Notes: generated from the letters alone by a model not told the origin. Shown: positions 24,248-37,254, counted from the first letter of the whole stretch. The stretch: 63,167 bases of DNA, filler included, from Globobulimina sp. (GCA_003354225.1; 47 parts of 47 records of this genome joined end to end with filler, not necessarily neighbours in it), one strand, 5' to 3'. Numbers and translations are program-made.

Positions 24248-25327
24248 AGCCATAAATATTGATCCCCATTTTCGCGGGGAACCACCAGAACTTTACTCCC
24301 TTGGGCACGAGTCACATAATTATAAGGCGATTTTGCATTGAATACATTGCCATTGGTATGATTTGAGCCAACATCGCCGCGTAAACTATACGGCCCCATC
24401 GGTTTATCAGCAGTGTATACCACGATATTACTGCCACCTTTACACGCACAGCAACCTTTACCTACTAATACATAATAGATATTATTCCGTTTGAACATAC
24501 TCGGACCTTCGACTGAACTGTCTTTGATCACAACAGCGGCCTCACCAGAAGGACCATTGTAATTTGAATTCAATTTCTCGATAACTACACCGGTTCGTAC
24601 ATGATAGGCGCTGCCATCATCATCAATAAAAATATCATAATCGCCAATCTTATAAGAACTGCTCATTCGAACACTGTCGTTATATCTACGGAACGGCCCT
24701 TTTTTATTTATATATATTTGTGAGTTGTTTGAAATGAATGTGTAGCGTTATAATATCATTCAGAAACACTCCAAAACAGTAGTTTTCATTGCAAACAAAC
24801 ACAAAAACACATGTAAAGTGAAGAAAATACTATATGTAACCTTGCGGAGTGGAAGAGATTGAAATTGCATATCCAGGATTTGTTGAGGAATCCCAGCGAT
24901 CCTCATACCACATAATAAATTGTTGAGTTTGTTTGTTATATACAACTTGTGGTCGAAACTCTGTGCCTGGAATGTAATTGGACACAGAAAGGGCAATGCC
25001 CATATTATCCCATCGGGAGAAATCTTGAGTGCGGTAGACATAAACATTATGTTGGTCTCCATACACGCAGTCATTGCCTAACTTATTAAAACAGCAAGAG
25101 GCGCAAGAACTGGATTCTGTGCAACAATCTACACCCGGACAATTACCCCAATCATTGAAATAGGCATAGTAATAATTATCATGCGCCAGTAAGGTTGCTT
25201 CGCCGGTAAATAATGAATTGCCATCAGTGTCAATTTTGAGTTTGATGTTGGAAATTGTCACTGTTTGGAAAGGATTCTTGTTCGCATTGGTTAATACCAA
25301 GGTTATGATGGCTAGCAACAAGTTCAT
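24248..25327 (-). CDS. Secreted glycoside hydrolase family 43 (subfamily 24-like), with intron
   Basis: Signal peptide; RPQVVYN..T..FIMW, S.TPQG/GPF, GDYDIFIDDDG.AY, EGPSMFKRN..YY, RAQ. Confidence 0.85.
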
Positions 25328-25594
25328 TGTTGAGTGTAAGGGGATGATATATTTTTATATAACTTTTATTCAAAACGCCATGGCAACAATCTCAACAATA
25401 AGCAATAAATTTCGTATCAGATAAGAATCATCTACGACGATATCAAATATAAAGTCGATTTATTAATTACCACGGCCACCATACGCAAAATGCNNNNNNN
25501 NNNNNNNNNNNNNNNNNNNNNNNNNNNNNNNNNNNNNTTAATTAATTAANNNNNNNNNNNNNNNNNNNNNNNNNNNNNNNNNNNNNNNNNNNNC

Positions 25595-25900
25595 AAAGGT
25601 CGTGCGACCATCAATCAGTTCGATGATACGTAACGTATTCTCCATCCCCAGAAGCGTGTCGGTGAACGTGGTGAAGGAAAATGGGAAACCATCTCCTGGG
25701 AGCAGGCTCTGGATGAGATCGCTGCTAAGATCCAGAAATCCCTTAAAGCTGAGCGTCGCGATAAAGTAGTATACCACGTGGGTCGACCGGGTCATGAAGG
25801 CTATATGGAGCGCGTGCTCAAGGCCTGGGGTGTGGATGGCCACAACTCACATACAAATATTTGTTCGGCTGGTGCCCGAGCCGGATACGCCATGTGGCAT
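25595..25900 (+). CDS. Bacterial DMSO-reductase-family molybdopterin oxidoreductase fragment (chimeric)
   Basis: RILHP.KRVGERGEGKWETISWEQALDEIA, YHVGRPG, HTNICS; higher GC; one in-frame TAA near the contig edge. Confidence 0.85.
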
Positions 25901-25985
25901 ACACTTAGTGTTAACATGTATTACCGCACACATATAAACTGCGCATGCACATCAAACTTCATACACCACACGCGCGATCACTGGT

Positions 25986-26594
25986 GTGTATGCATATCGC
26001 GCCAATGACTCGATTCAATTTGTTTCTTATAAGAACCATATGAAGATTGATAGTGATGATATTAAATCATTTCAATGCAATAAATGTGAAGCATTAAAAT
26101 CTGAGATAGCACTTAAAAATGGAATTGCTAACAGCTTACAAGGACAAAACGAGGAAATGAAACGTCAAATATCCAAATTAAACAAAGAAAAGAATGACAT
26201 GAATGACACAAATATTAAATTAAATGAAGAATGTAAGGAATTACGAATGGATTTAAATGAAATGACACAAAAATATAATACATTATTTAGGAAAGCAAAT
26301 ATTGATGAAAGCAATTATTTGGAGTGGGATAGTGATGACATCACAGATTGGATAATTAATTTACATCAACAATATGAAAAATATGAAGATAAATTACGAG
26401 AAAATATGAAAAAAGAAGACGTTGATGGCGCATTATTAGCTGAATTGGATAAAAATGATTTACATAGATTAGGTATTATTTCATTAAGAGATAAAAAAGA
26501 AATTGTCAAACATATTAAAAGATTAACAATACAGATGAAACAACAGCAATTGTCTCAATATAATGAAGGTAATGATGCAACAGCTTTTATATGA
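25986..26594 (+). CDS. Coiled-coil + C-terminal SAM domain protein (partial)
   Basis: W..DDITDWI...YE.Y...VDG..L..L.K.DL..LGI SAM consensus. Confidence 0.85.
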   Translation: MYAYRANDSIQFVSYKNHMKIDSDDIKSFQCNKCEALKSEIALKNGIANSLQGQNEEMKRQISKLNKEKNDMNDTNIKLNEECKELRMDLNEMTQKYNTLFRKANIDESNYLEWDSDDITDWIINLHQQYEKYEDKLRENMKKEDVDGALLAELDKNDLHRLGIISLRDKKEIVKHIKRLTIQMKQQQLSQYNEGNDATAFI

Positions 26595-27326
26595 TGCATT
26601 TAACGGTGTTAGTCCGGTTATTTCTGTTATTTCTGTGTTTTATCTACTTTTGTTTCTGGTGTTTTCTATAATTCACAGTTGTAAAAATAATGCACATCAT
26701 TGACCCTTTTGATAGGTTCAGTTTGCTTACTTTCAGTAAAGAGCATGAGCTCATTTGTCCATATTAAAGTGTTCTATTTTTTCTATCCTCGCACATAAAG
26801 GAACAAATTACGCACTGAGTGCGAGGATACAAAACTACANNNNNNNNNNNNNNNNNNNNNNNNNNNNNNNNNNNNNNNNNNNNTTAATTAATTAANNNNN
26901 NNNNNNNNNNNNNNNNNNNNNNNNNNNNNNNNNNNNNNNTGTATTTATTTCTGTACCATAATGTTTGTTGTTTATTTGCTTGGTCAGTTTTCTGGATGAT
27001 ACGACAGTTTGCAGCAATAATAAAGTATGTGTCGTCGTATAAACCAAATGCATGATTTGTAGTATTTACATTTTGATCTTACACTTCATATACCTTCGTA
27101 CCATGCATTTTGTCTAAAATACACCCAATCCATTAGAAACAATAAACATGGATTCTAAATACTACAAATCATGGAAATGATCATCAATAACCTGCTTTGA
27201 TCATCAGGTATTTTTCTGATTTATAGGTTGAAATGCGTAGATTATTTGAAAAAACCACACAACCAAAACATTTTTTTTTCGCACATTCATTTATTCCATT
27301 CCCACAAAACCCAAGTACGATAAAAT

Positions 27327-27847
27327 ATGTTTTTAGTCTTTGTTGGATTAATTGGCTTAGCGGCATCGGCTGCAATCTCTGGAGTACCAGAACTTACATT
27401 TTGTAATGGTACAGGATATCCGGGACAATTTACTGTATATAGGTATAAAAAAACGTGCCTTAGCTTTATTTGTGATAAATATTTCACACAAACATTGAAT
27501 ATATACTATAAAACAAAAATAGTTATTCATTTAAACCAAATAATATTATACCAAATGAGAATGTGACCGTAACATTAAAAGGAACATTGGGAGTTACAGT
27601 AACCTCCGGTAATATCTATGAAAAAGCGACTGTGGGTCCAATAGTGGTCGAGAATGGCAATTATGATTTATGTGAAGAGACTGCGCAAGCGGGGCTCCCA
27701 TGTCCTATCAAAGCAGGGCCAATAACATTAGCTCAAGAATTTTTTATTCCAGCATCTGCGCCAGAATTACAACTTACGTCTTTATCAAATATGACTGGTC
27801 AAAACGGAATATTTTTACAATGTGTTAAATTGAAAGTAAAATTGTAG
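27327..27847 (+). CDS. ML-domain (NPC2/MD-2-like) lipid-binding protein, intron 27443..27522
   Basis: Signal peptide; splicing gives FTVYSYSFKPNNIIPNENVTV; DLCE...CPIKAG...CV. Confidence 0.88.
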
Positions 27848-28285
27848 ACTAAATTTACAGCAAATGCTATTAACTCCATATCCATTGACATTTGCATGTG
27901 TATTAATATAAAGTTAAATTAAATTATTGATTAATACTAGTATACAATATACAACACTGTCACTGCATGGTAACATAATTTTAATTGTGAGCGTGTCCTC
28001 TCTGGGGACAGTTTGCAAAGTTGACCACTGGCAACAGCGGTGTCGCAAAAATGTCAATACAAAATGACCGCAAAACTTTTGCTTAGCAACAAAATGTCAG
28101 CTGTAAACAAAATAGATTCTCTGATTCGCACTTTTAACGTTAACCTTGTAAAACAAGATGAGAGTAAAGCAAATTATTTACTCTGNNNNNNNNNNNNNNN
28201 NNNNNNNNNNNNNNNNNNNNNNNNNNNNNTTAATTAATTAANNNNNNNNNNNNNNNNNNNNNNNNNNNNNNNNNNNNNNNNNNNN

Positions 28286-29118
28286 GTGTTATAACATAGT
28301 GTCCCTACAAATGAATTGCCATTAATAGTACTGATACCTGCGGAACATTCAATTGTTGTACCGGTATAATCGCCAACACCGTTACTATAAAACACAACAT
28401 CTCGCGGTATTCCTTTATCAGCTTTAATGTGGAGGTACCTGGTCGAAAATGCATTATTCGCATTTATAATACACGACGGCGACAATGTGCTGTTCACCGG
28501 ACATTCAATAATGGCAGCTTCATCTGTTTTTGTTTCATGACCAGAGAATTCGGCACCGTTTATCACTATTTCTAAGTGTTTAGCTGTTTTTGCGTCGATT
28601 TGAATGGCATAACATTCTTTTTTATTCCCTGCTGAAACACCATTGCATTCAATACGAATATGGTCAGTTTGTGTTCCTGAATGAATCGACAAATGGGATA
28701 AAACGTCGACGTTTATGCCTTGGGCATCCGCTATGATAGTCGCGTTGCCGTTATTTGGTAAATATATATTAGCCCCTTCAACACATGATTTTCCGGTGGA
28801 TGTAAATTCAAAGGAAAGAGCGTTTGTTGCGTAGATATTTGTGTTGCGTAAACACCGCTCATTTGCACAATTAATAATACAGTGGCCGACAATCCCGCAC
28901 TGTATGTTAGGGATTTGAGTATTATTTAAATCACAATTTATTTCACATGTATCAGCAGCTGATGCGCCACTTCCGCACGTTACATTCATTTTACTAGTCG
29001 TAACATTTGGATTTATGTACGCACCATCTACTGTGTGCTGACCGGTAAAGTAAAATACGACAATGTACATGTATGTAATTCTTTTATAAAGCATGGGATA
29101 AACTGATGCCATGTTCAA
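28286..29118 (-). CDS. Secreted Cys-rich repeat protein (partial)
   Basis: Signal-like N-terminus, repeated C.I.C and I.CP modules. Confidence 0.7.
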
Positions 29119-29182
29119 AAAAAAACTTTAAATGTTTTTAAATACACCACAAAAATAATTATATTACATTATTAACGTGTTC

Positions 29183-29531
29183 TTAAATACTTGCATTGGA
29201 AAGCATCTGTGTAAGGTCGCTTATGTCATTGTTATGTGTTTCAAATCGTTTTGTTATGTGCTTGTTGCGGTGATTATATAATTTACATAGTTCCTGTATG
29301 TCTTGTTTGGATTGAATACGACATTCGAATGCATCCATAGTATAAATAGCATTATCTGCAAATATCGGGTAATACTGTTTCAATCCTTTTGCATTCAATG
29401 TATCAACAAACACTTGATGTTTATCCTTTTGATGCTTAATATTCTTCATAATCAATTTTAAATCTTCCAATGACTCCACAACCATAATATTTTTTAATTT
29501 TTTAGAGATATGCTCCTCAAATAATATTAGA
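29183..29531 (-). CDS. SAM-like domain protein C-terminus
   Basis: F..TL...GLKQYYPIF.DN.I.T motif. Confidence 0.55.
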
Positions 29532-29637
29532 NNNNNNNNNNNNNNNNNNNNNNNNNNNNNNNNNNNNNNNNNNNNTTAATTAATTAANNNNNNNNNNNNN
29601 NNNNNNNNNNNNNNNNNNNNNNNNNNNNNNNTATATA

Positions 29638-30656
29638 GGAATGATATGGAGAGCAGAGAAAGTAAATAAATATGGCGTGACTGAGACAGTTGTGATTAAA
29701 ATAACAAATATAAATTTACATCAACATTCCACAGCCATTGTTAAAGATAAATTGTACAAAGTTCAGGAAGATATATTGATGGAACAAAGCATTTTAAAAT
29801 ATTTAACTCAAGACAAAAACTGCCCGAATTCAATCATAAACTTCCATGGCTTTTTCAAAACGTATGTTTGCGTAATACACAATTGAGAAACACATAATAA
29901 ACAACTGTACACATTTAGAGACACTGATTATTGGTTGGTAATGGAAGACGGAGGAAGCTCATTATTTGAATTTGTGAGAAAAGCACATGAATTAATCAAA
30001 GTCGGTTGTATTGATATTTGTGAATGGCAGGATTTCGTGAAGATAATCTTCAAACAAATGATTGAATGCATTGAATATATTCACTCAAAGAATGTGGTGC
30101 ATTTTGACATATCTTTGGAGAATTTCTTGGTGAATGATGTCGGCATCGCAGTTTCTACCGAAAAAAAGAAAATTACTAAGGTTAGATTTGTCAGAGACGA
30201 TATACACATTAAACTGGTCGATTTCGGTACGTTACATTCTTAGTGTTATCTATCTCTTTATATACAGACAAATTAAATGTTGATTGTCAAGGTTTAGCCC
30301 AAATCTTTACAAAAGCACACTGTTTAAGTAGCAAATTCTGTGGCAAACAGCAATACAAATCTCCAGAGATTTGCCAAAAGAAAAAAAGATTTGACGCAAA
30401 GAAATCGGATGTTTGGTGTCTCGGATTGTGTTTATTCGCATTGTTGACAGGAGGCTTTCCGTGGGAAATGGCGCATGAATCAGATGCGCTGTTTGTGTTT
30501 GCTATGAAACAGCCCATTGTTCAATTATTAGAATATTTCAATGTGCAACATTATGTAACTCGAAATTTAGTGTGGTTATTAGACGCAATGTTGCAATTTG
30601 AAAATAACAGAATAACTTTAAATGAAATTAAAAAGTATTTTTATCAATATGTATAA
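29638..30656 (+). CDS. Ser/Thr protein kinase (two introns, partial)
   Basis: VVIK, HFDISLEN, DFG/GLA, YKSPE, DVWCLG. Confidence 0.93.
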
Positions 30657-30977
30657 TATAATGTTAAACAATTTATATAAAATAATTTTATTTACAATAT
30701 AATGCGTATATTTTTCTAGCCTATAATTTTATTTACAACGTGTGTTCATTTTTTTCCCTGTTGATTCAGCCGAAATTGTGTGTTTGTTTTTGATTTTTTT
30801 TGCCGGCTACATCAGCAATCAGCATAAGTATTAAATTAATATTGTGATATTTTTAAAATTTTAAAATTAAATTGTGANNNNNNNNNNNNNNNNNNNNNNN
30901 NNNNNNNNNNNNNNNNNNNNNTTAATTAATTAANNNNNNNNNNNNNNNNNNNNNNNNNNNNNNNNNNNNNNNNNNNN

Positions 30978-32223
30978 GAAGGCAGTCATTGACGAGCATA
31001 TTAAGCAAGGATGGGATGGCGACTTTCCCTGCGGTTTATGTGATCAGTTGCATACTATGGACGATATATTCAAAAGCAGCAAACGAAGGTTTGTGGCCAC
31101 ATTTGCTGCAAAGACTTTTTTTACTGTACATTGAAAAATTAATGTTTAGGTTTCGGCGGAAAGCGCGCGGATTGGAAGGTTCTGCGAAGAATAATTTTTG
31201 TAATCGGTTGGGACATGGTTTTAAAGAGTTGTTTGTGAGTAAAACTAAATGGAAACGGCATTCTTGGTCTTGTGGTTATTGCCGCAGCAGAATTCCAGCC
31301 AATTATAGTGCGGATTTGAAGCGATATTTTAAGCGTTTGCAGGAGACGCATAATTTGGATCAGAATGATGTGAATTGGATTTTGTCGATGAATCCGCAAT
31401 TATGTCCCTTTTGTTATCGGCCACGGAGACCCAGAGCCAGACCTGTTTATATTTTGGAAAATATCTCTTTTTTGATATTTTTAATCTTTGTATATCCCGT
31501 TCAATGGCTATTATTATGGCCGATATATTTGTATGACAGTGTTAAGAATCCGGATAAAGCGCAGAAAGATTATAAAGAGTTTCGGGATAAACATAATAAA
31601 TTATACTCGTTGCGGCCGGATGCAAACACTGTGCGGAAACAAATGCCGCGGTCCTGGTTACATCAGACATTGATCTCTTTGCATCATCCGATTTGGAGGT
31701 CGTTGCATAAGCATAGGTCCACTGTGAAAGGACAGTCATTGGCACAGTCCATCCATTCGGCCAATTTACGACAGGAAAGAGTTAGAGGTTAAATATAATA
31801 TTAATGCAAAAACGTTTCTATCTCAGCAATGTATATTAATGGAAACGTTTTTGTATAGAATATATTATATATTTTATGTTTATTTTTCAGGCGTAAATGA
31901 ACAAGAAAAAAGAGGGAAAGTAGCGAAAATATCGCATTTAGTGATGAATGTTGTATCGAGTATGAGCAATGTGAGGATAAAATGGGAACCGACTGGCACT
32001 GAGTTGTTGGAGAGAATGAGTGTGATTTCTGGAGTTGATATTGATTCGGATTGGTATACACAACATAAAACAAGTCGAGCTGAAAAAATGAAAAAAGATA
32101 AATTAATGTTGATGTTTGAAGCAGCGGGCGGCAAAAATATGAGTGCTAAAACTGCACAAAAAATTAATGCGTTGTCACAAAGACGTTTGGGTGCCAAAAA
32201 TTTCTCTATCGATTTTGAAGAAG
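30978..32223 (+). CDS. Membrane protein with split CxxC..CxxC motif (partial, one intron)
   Basis: Two ORFs joined by a GT..AG intron (about 31789-31890); TM segments; WSCGYC...CPFC.RPR. Confidence 0.6.
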
Positions 32224-32480
32224 NNNNNNNNNNNNNNNNNNNNNNNNNNNNNNNNNNNNNNNNNNNNTTAATTAATTAANNNNNNNNNNNNNNNNNNNNN
32301 NNNNNNNNNNNNNNNNNNNNNNNCAAATGATTAAAAAAAGTTGATCATGGCATAATGCCTTGTTACGACTTCTCTTTCCTTTAGACGACACTGTTCGTTT
32401 ACCTTTCTATAGGGCAAAATGAAGGTCAAATAGGAAAACTCTATTGCTGTTTTTCACAAACTTAAGTTTATATTTGTAGT

Positions 32481-33569
32481 ATGCAAATTAATGTCACACG
32501 TGAGGAAACTTTGTTTTTCGTTTGTGTATCATCAATATTAACATTAGCATCGATTGTTTTATTTGTATGGGTGACTTTCAGATCATGGAATTTTTACAAG
32601 ATAAAATATTTTAAGATTACCACTATATTTTGCAACCTATTTAATTGTGGATCGTGCATTTGTGTTTGGATATATTTCATTTGGCTGACAATATCACCAC
32701 TTGATGATGAACTTGTTTTTGTATCCCATGAATCCATACGAATGAGAGTGGCAACCACAGGTATTATATTATATTAATATTCAATATGTCAAGCTAATAA
32801 AATTAATAATAATAAATATGCAGTCTCATGGTATGCAAGTAAAATATTTTTATTTTTCATATTTAATGGCAGACTGTATCACGCATTTCGACATTCAGCG
32901 TTACAAAGCAGTGACAAAATATTTATAACATTGAATGTATTCGTAGCAATTCATGCTGTTTCATCCTTAATTATTGGGTATATCGGAGTTCTTGAAGAAA
33001 GAAATGAAATTATGGCCAATATTGGCTTTAATTCATTTCACGTGATTTGTGCAATACTATTATTATATTTATTATATCAATTTAATCGGAGATTATTTCG
33101 TCTGTTAACCACCAATATCGAAACAGAAACGAATGCGGGAAGAGAAACGACAGCGGAAAGAGAGAGCGAAGAATTTCTGCATATTGCAACCAGAACAAGT
33201 TTATTATTAACGTGGATTGTACCATTTATGATACTCGTTACTTTACAATGGACATTGCATCGCTTTATATTTGATATTAGCCATTATTCAATGTGTTGGG
33301 CGTTAATTATAATGTCACTCAACGCATTTGTTGACATTATTTGTGTTTTATTTTTATTTGCGTATTCCGATCCATATTACAATGTATTATGTCGATGTTC
33401 GATGAAAAATAATACTAAATATGAGGAAATGAGCGCGCATTTTTGCTGTTTACATTGTTGCAAATATTTAGCAAAACGGTCTGTTGACACAAGAAAATCA
33501 GCAAATGCTAAATGTGATAAATCAACAAAAGCAATGGTTCTTTATATTCATCAGACACCGTTAGAAAAA
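32481..33569 (+). CDS. 7TM GPCR-like family protein (intron at about 32761-32823)
   Basis: About seven hydrophobic helices; RLY..F..S..; Cys-rich tail after D..C..F....YY...C. Confidence 0.75.
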
Positions 33570-33669
33570 NNNNNNNNNNNNNNNNNNNNNNNNNNNNNNN
33601 NNNNNNNNNNNNNTTAATTAATTAANNNNNNNNNNNNNNNNNNNNNNNNNNNNNNNNNNNNNNNNNNNN

Positions 33670-34915
33670 ATTTATTTTTAGCTTTATCCCAATAAATAAT
33701 GCATCGACTATAATTGGGTCGGTTTGGATCCATCTTAATGTCTTTGGTGATTTCTACCGAAATCGGTGGATGTTGACAATTAAAATTGCTTTCAATGCCG
33801 GAATATTTTTTAATAGCGGGCTCCACAAACATTTTAAAACAAACATTGGTCGAAACCGGATTGCCGGGCAAGCCAAACACCAATCTTTTTTTCATCAATT
33901 TTGAGTGCGAATCGGTGGCCATTACTGTTGCAAAAGTGAGCGGTTTGCCTGGTTTGATGCAAACGCGACCAATTTTTATGTCGCCAATTTCAGATAAAAT
34001 GGGTTTAATAAAATCACGCGATCCCATCGAGACACCGCCAGAAGTTATCAATATGTCGGTGCTGCTCAATAAGGACAAAATGTGCTGCTTTAATTCTGCT
34101 TTGTTGTCACCGATAATTCCACCATTCTTTACAATGCATAAGTTTCGCAACGATTCGTTCAATAATTCGGTCAACATTAATTTGTTGGAATCAAATATCA
34201 AATTTGTTGCATATTCCTGCGATTCTTCCTTATTCTCAGTATTCTCAGTGTTGTATGTAAATGGATCAATTAATTCGTCGCCGGTGCTCAATATGGTCAC
34301 TCTTATCTTATTATAAACGGGCACCATTATTATACCAACAGAGGCCAAAATGCCTAACTCTGAGCTCAATAATTTCGTCCCTTTGCTCAATAATAATTGG
34401 CCGCGCCTGATGTCACTGCCTCGCGTACGGACAGATTGCAAGGCTCCTTTCGGTTTGCTTAAGATTTTGATGGTGCTCTCATTCATCACTTTGGTGTCTT
34501 CGATCTTTACCACACAGTCCGCCTTCATCGACAATGCACTCCCTGTCGTCACATATATTACCTCCCCTTTCTCCAATTTCCCTCCACTCGCAACTTCATT
34601 TCCCGCAGTCACCGTGTTCACCACTTTGAAAATATTATTCTCGATGCTGCCACCATTTAAGCCGTAATTTAACGCATATCCATCCATTATGGAGGTGGCA
34701 CAACGCGGCAAATCAATGTTTGAATACACATCTTTGCTTAAAATACGACCACCACATTCATTCAAACGCGCATAACAGATCGACGATGCGGCTGAATCAA
34801 CCTCATTCAAAATCGTTTTTAGTGCGGTGCCCACCGCCATCATCGGATAGGCAGATTCACGCTGAGTTAAATGTTCTTCAACTTTCGTTGCTGTCATGGT
34901 GGTGAACCTTGATTC
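33670..34915 (-). CDS. Gephyrin/CNX1 E domain (MoeA-like molybdopterin molybdotransferase), partial
   Basis: R.SAYPM, SIMDGYA, VTTG, STGDEL, DSN, TSGGVSMG..DF, KPGKP, FGLPGNPVS, DP.RP.Y. Eukaryotic gephyrin-type linker. Confidence 0.95.
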
Positions 34916-35081
34916 NNNNNNNNNNNNNNNNNNNNNNNNNNNNNNNNNNNNNNNNNNNNTTAATTAATTAANNNNNNNNNNNNNNNNNNNNNNNNNNNNN
35001 NNNNNNNNNNNNNNNATCTTAAACACGTAGCCTTATGGCATAAATTTATATATACTTAAAACATTACAAACATCAGTTGCT

Positions 35082-35840
35082 CTAATTTTGATCCATCAAA
35101 TCTTTAATCACCTTTTTATTGTTATTGTTATAATGTGATTCCCAAAACAGATAATTAATACATCTTATTGGGAAAGGTATATTTGCTTTAAATCCATTCA
35201 CCATTTCTTCACCTCCCCATTTATGCATAATATCAATAATCCACGGCAACATAATTTTATTTCCTGATAAACCCAAACCTTGTACAATTTGGTTCACAAT
35301 TTTACCTTCATCAGCTTGTGTCACTGAATATTTTCGCAATAACCCCGGAACACATCGTTCCTCTTCATTCAAATGTTCATCCGTATCATTCTTTAAAGCA
35401 ATACACATTTCATTCAACTCTTTTAAAATGGTGATAAATTCTTCATAATTTGTGTTGGGTTGGTTGAATTTACATTGAAAACCTTTGATATCAGATAACG
35501 CCTGCAATAATTGAACATGATCTTTTGTTAATTTGGGTGGTAATGCTTCACATTGTTTAACCAACCATGGGAAATAAACTTCTTCTTCAACATCATGGTG
35601 ATGATGAACAAAGAAATGGAAACAATCATTGTACCAACGATAAAAGGTATTGATCTTTTTAACCAATACTTCCATCCCCAATGTGACTTTGTAATATTCT
35701 TCATTTGTGACTTGAACCAATGTATTCAACCCTGATCTAATGACTTCATGGGGAACTAACATTGCTGTGTTTGTCCACTCTTTAATATCATCTTCTTTGA
35801 TAACAGGTGATAATACGACTCTTTCTTGTGAAATTGTCAT
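35082..35840 (-). CDS. Hemerythrin-like (HHE cation-binding) protein
   Basis: HEVIR, HHHH..EEE.YFP, DH, HL.EEE metal-ligand pattern. Confidence 0.88.
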   Translation of the reverse strand: MTISQERVVLSPVIKEDDIKEWTNTAMLVPHEVIRSGLNTLVQVTNEEYYKVTLGMEVLVKKINTFYRWYNDCFHFFVHHHHDVEEEVYFPWLVKQCEALPPKLTKDHVQLLQALSDIKGFQCKFNQPNTNYEEFITILKELNEMCIALKNDTDEHLNEEERCVPGLLRKYSVTQADEGKIVNQIVQGLGLSGNKIMLPWIIDIMHKWGGEEMVNGFKANIPFPIRCINYLFWESHYNNNNKKVIKDLMDQN

Positions 35841-36363
35841 TTGTAATTGTGTTGAACGGTTCAGTTGTTTGTGACCTGGATTGTGCAGTGAATATTGTTA
35901 TGGATTTTGTGGTCTAATTTTGTGTGAAAGTCAGAAAATGTTCTATTTTTGAGTGTTATTTGTCTCATAATCGACATGGCCGAGTGTTATCAATATTATA
36001 TAGCTGTGTCAGCTGTTTGTGAGTTTGTTGAATTTAACATTATTGAGAAAAACGGCCTAAAAAATAACTTTCAACTTTGAACTGTGAACATCGAAACATG
36101 TCAAATTTGCGCCAACGCACAAGCGGCACAACACCAGATCACTGCAAATAATACTCATCGCCACCACAGTAATATCCCAATATGGATAAATTGCCAAGAA
36201 TGGTACAAGAAACACACATAGACACAAAAACAAAAGTGCACTTTTTATTAATGTTTCGGACNNNNNNNNNNNNNNNNNNNNNNNNNNNNNNNNNNNNNNN
36301 NNNNNTTAATTAATTAANNNNNNNNNNNNNNNNNNNNNNNNNNNNNNNNNNNNNNNNNNNNTT

Positions 36364-36808
36364 GTAAAGCCTGACATGTTGGATGAATACAGATTTGCCA
36401 GAACACTGTTTTTGAGCACTGATAGGTCCACGCAGCGCAATCCAGGCTTATTCAAACAGGAATATCTTGGAACTGGCATTGTTAGCCTAGCACCAAAGGT
36501 ATACTATGCGTGGAATGAGGGAACAAATGATGACAAGAAAAGTTGCAAAGGAATAAATCAGCGCAATGCTCTTGAAAAGCAAAAATATCTCGATGTGCTG
36601 CATTCCCAGTCAGGAATGGAATTCACAAACACAGGATTTCGATGTGTCAACAACAAAATGTATCAATACCGTCAGAGAAAAATAGGTAATACAATCAACT
36701 GAAGATATGAATGATTTTCTTCAACTGACTAATTTAGGCTTGATGAACTTCTATATCAAGCGTAGACTGAATGAAGATGGCATAACTACTGAACCTCTGA
36801 TCACATGA
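36364..36808 (+). mobile_element. Polinton/Maverick-type protein-primed DNA polymerase B C-terminus, intron 36686..36737
   Basis: PGLFK.E, L.PKVYY, K.SCKGI, N.GFR; after splicing, K.GL..FY.KR....DG.TT.PL. Confidence 0.8.
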
Positions 36809-37254
36809 TTATTTTCACTTTTTTGTTTGTTTGTTTTAACCTAATGTTTTTGTAATAAATTTTGCGTTGACACAGAAAGTTTCCACACAACGATTGCAAT
36901 CGATCTGAACATATTTTATCTTTGAATCGCAGCGATCATCAAACAAAAAAAAATACAAATTGTTGACAGCAAACAAAAAGCACAACATCAAGCAAAAGTC
37001 AAATTGTTGACAGTGAATAAATCACCAAAAAAGAGTTCAAATCACGACGTCAACTTCAACAAGGAAGCAATTGGTGTCACATTTTCTTGCACTGTTTGCT
37101 TTGCATGCTGACACATTTGCGTGAATGGAGACATTTCTTTCTCAAAACTTCTCTGAGACGCAGTTGCACTTCTACAGTACCATAGACATGCACAATGTCA
37201 GGATACAGTGCCTCAAATTATTTGTGCATTCATGCTTGGACAAACTCACAGAAT

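Noticed and set aside
33786..34667. Antisense ORFs over MoeA (and similar shadow ORFs elsewhere)
   Set aside because: Shadows of the real gene on the opposite strand.
25594..35840. Molybdoenzyme + gephyrin/MoeA + hemerythrin as an anaerobic respiration cluster
   Set aside because: Separate contigs placed together only by length sorting, with different origins.
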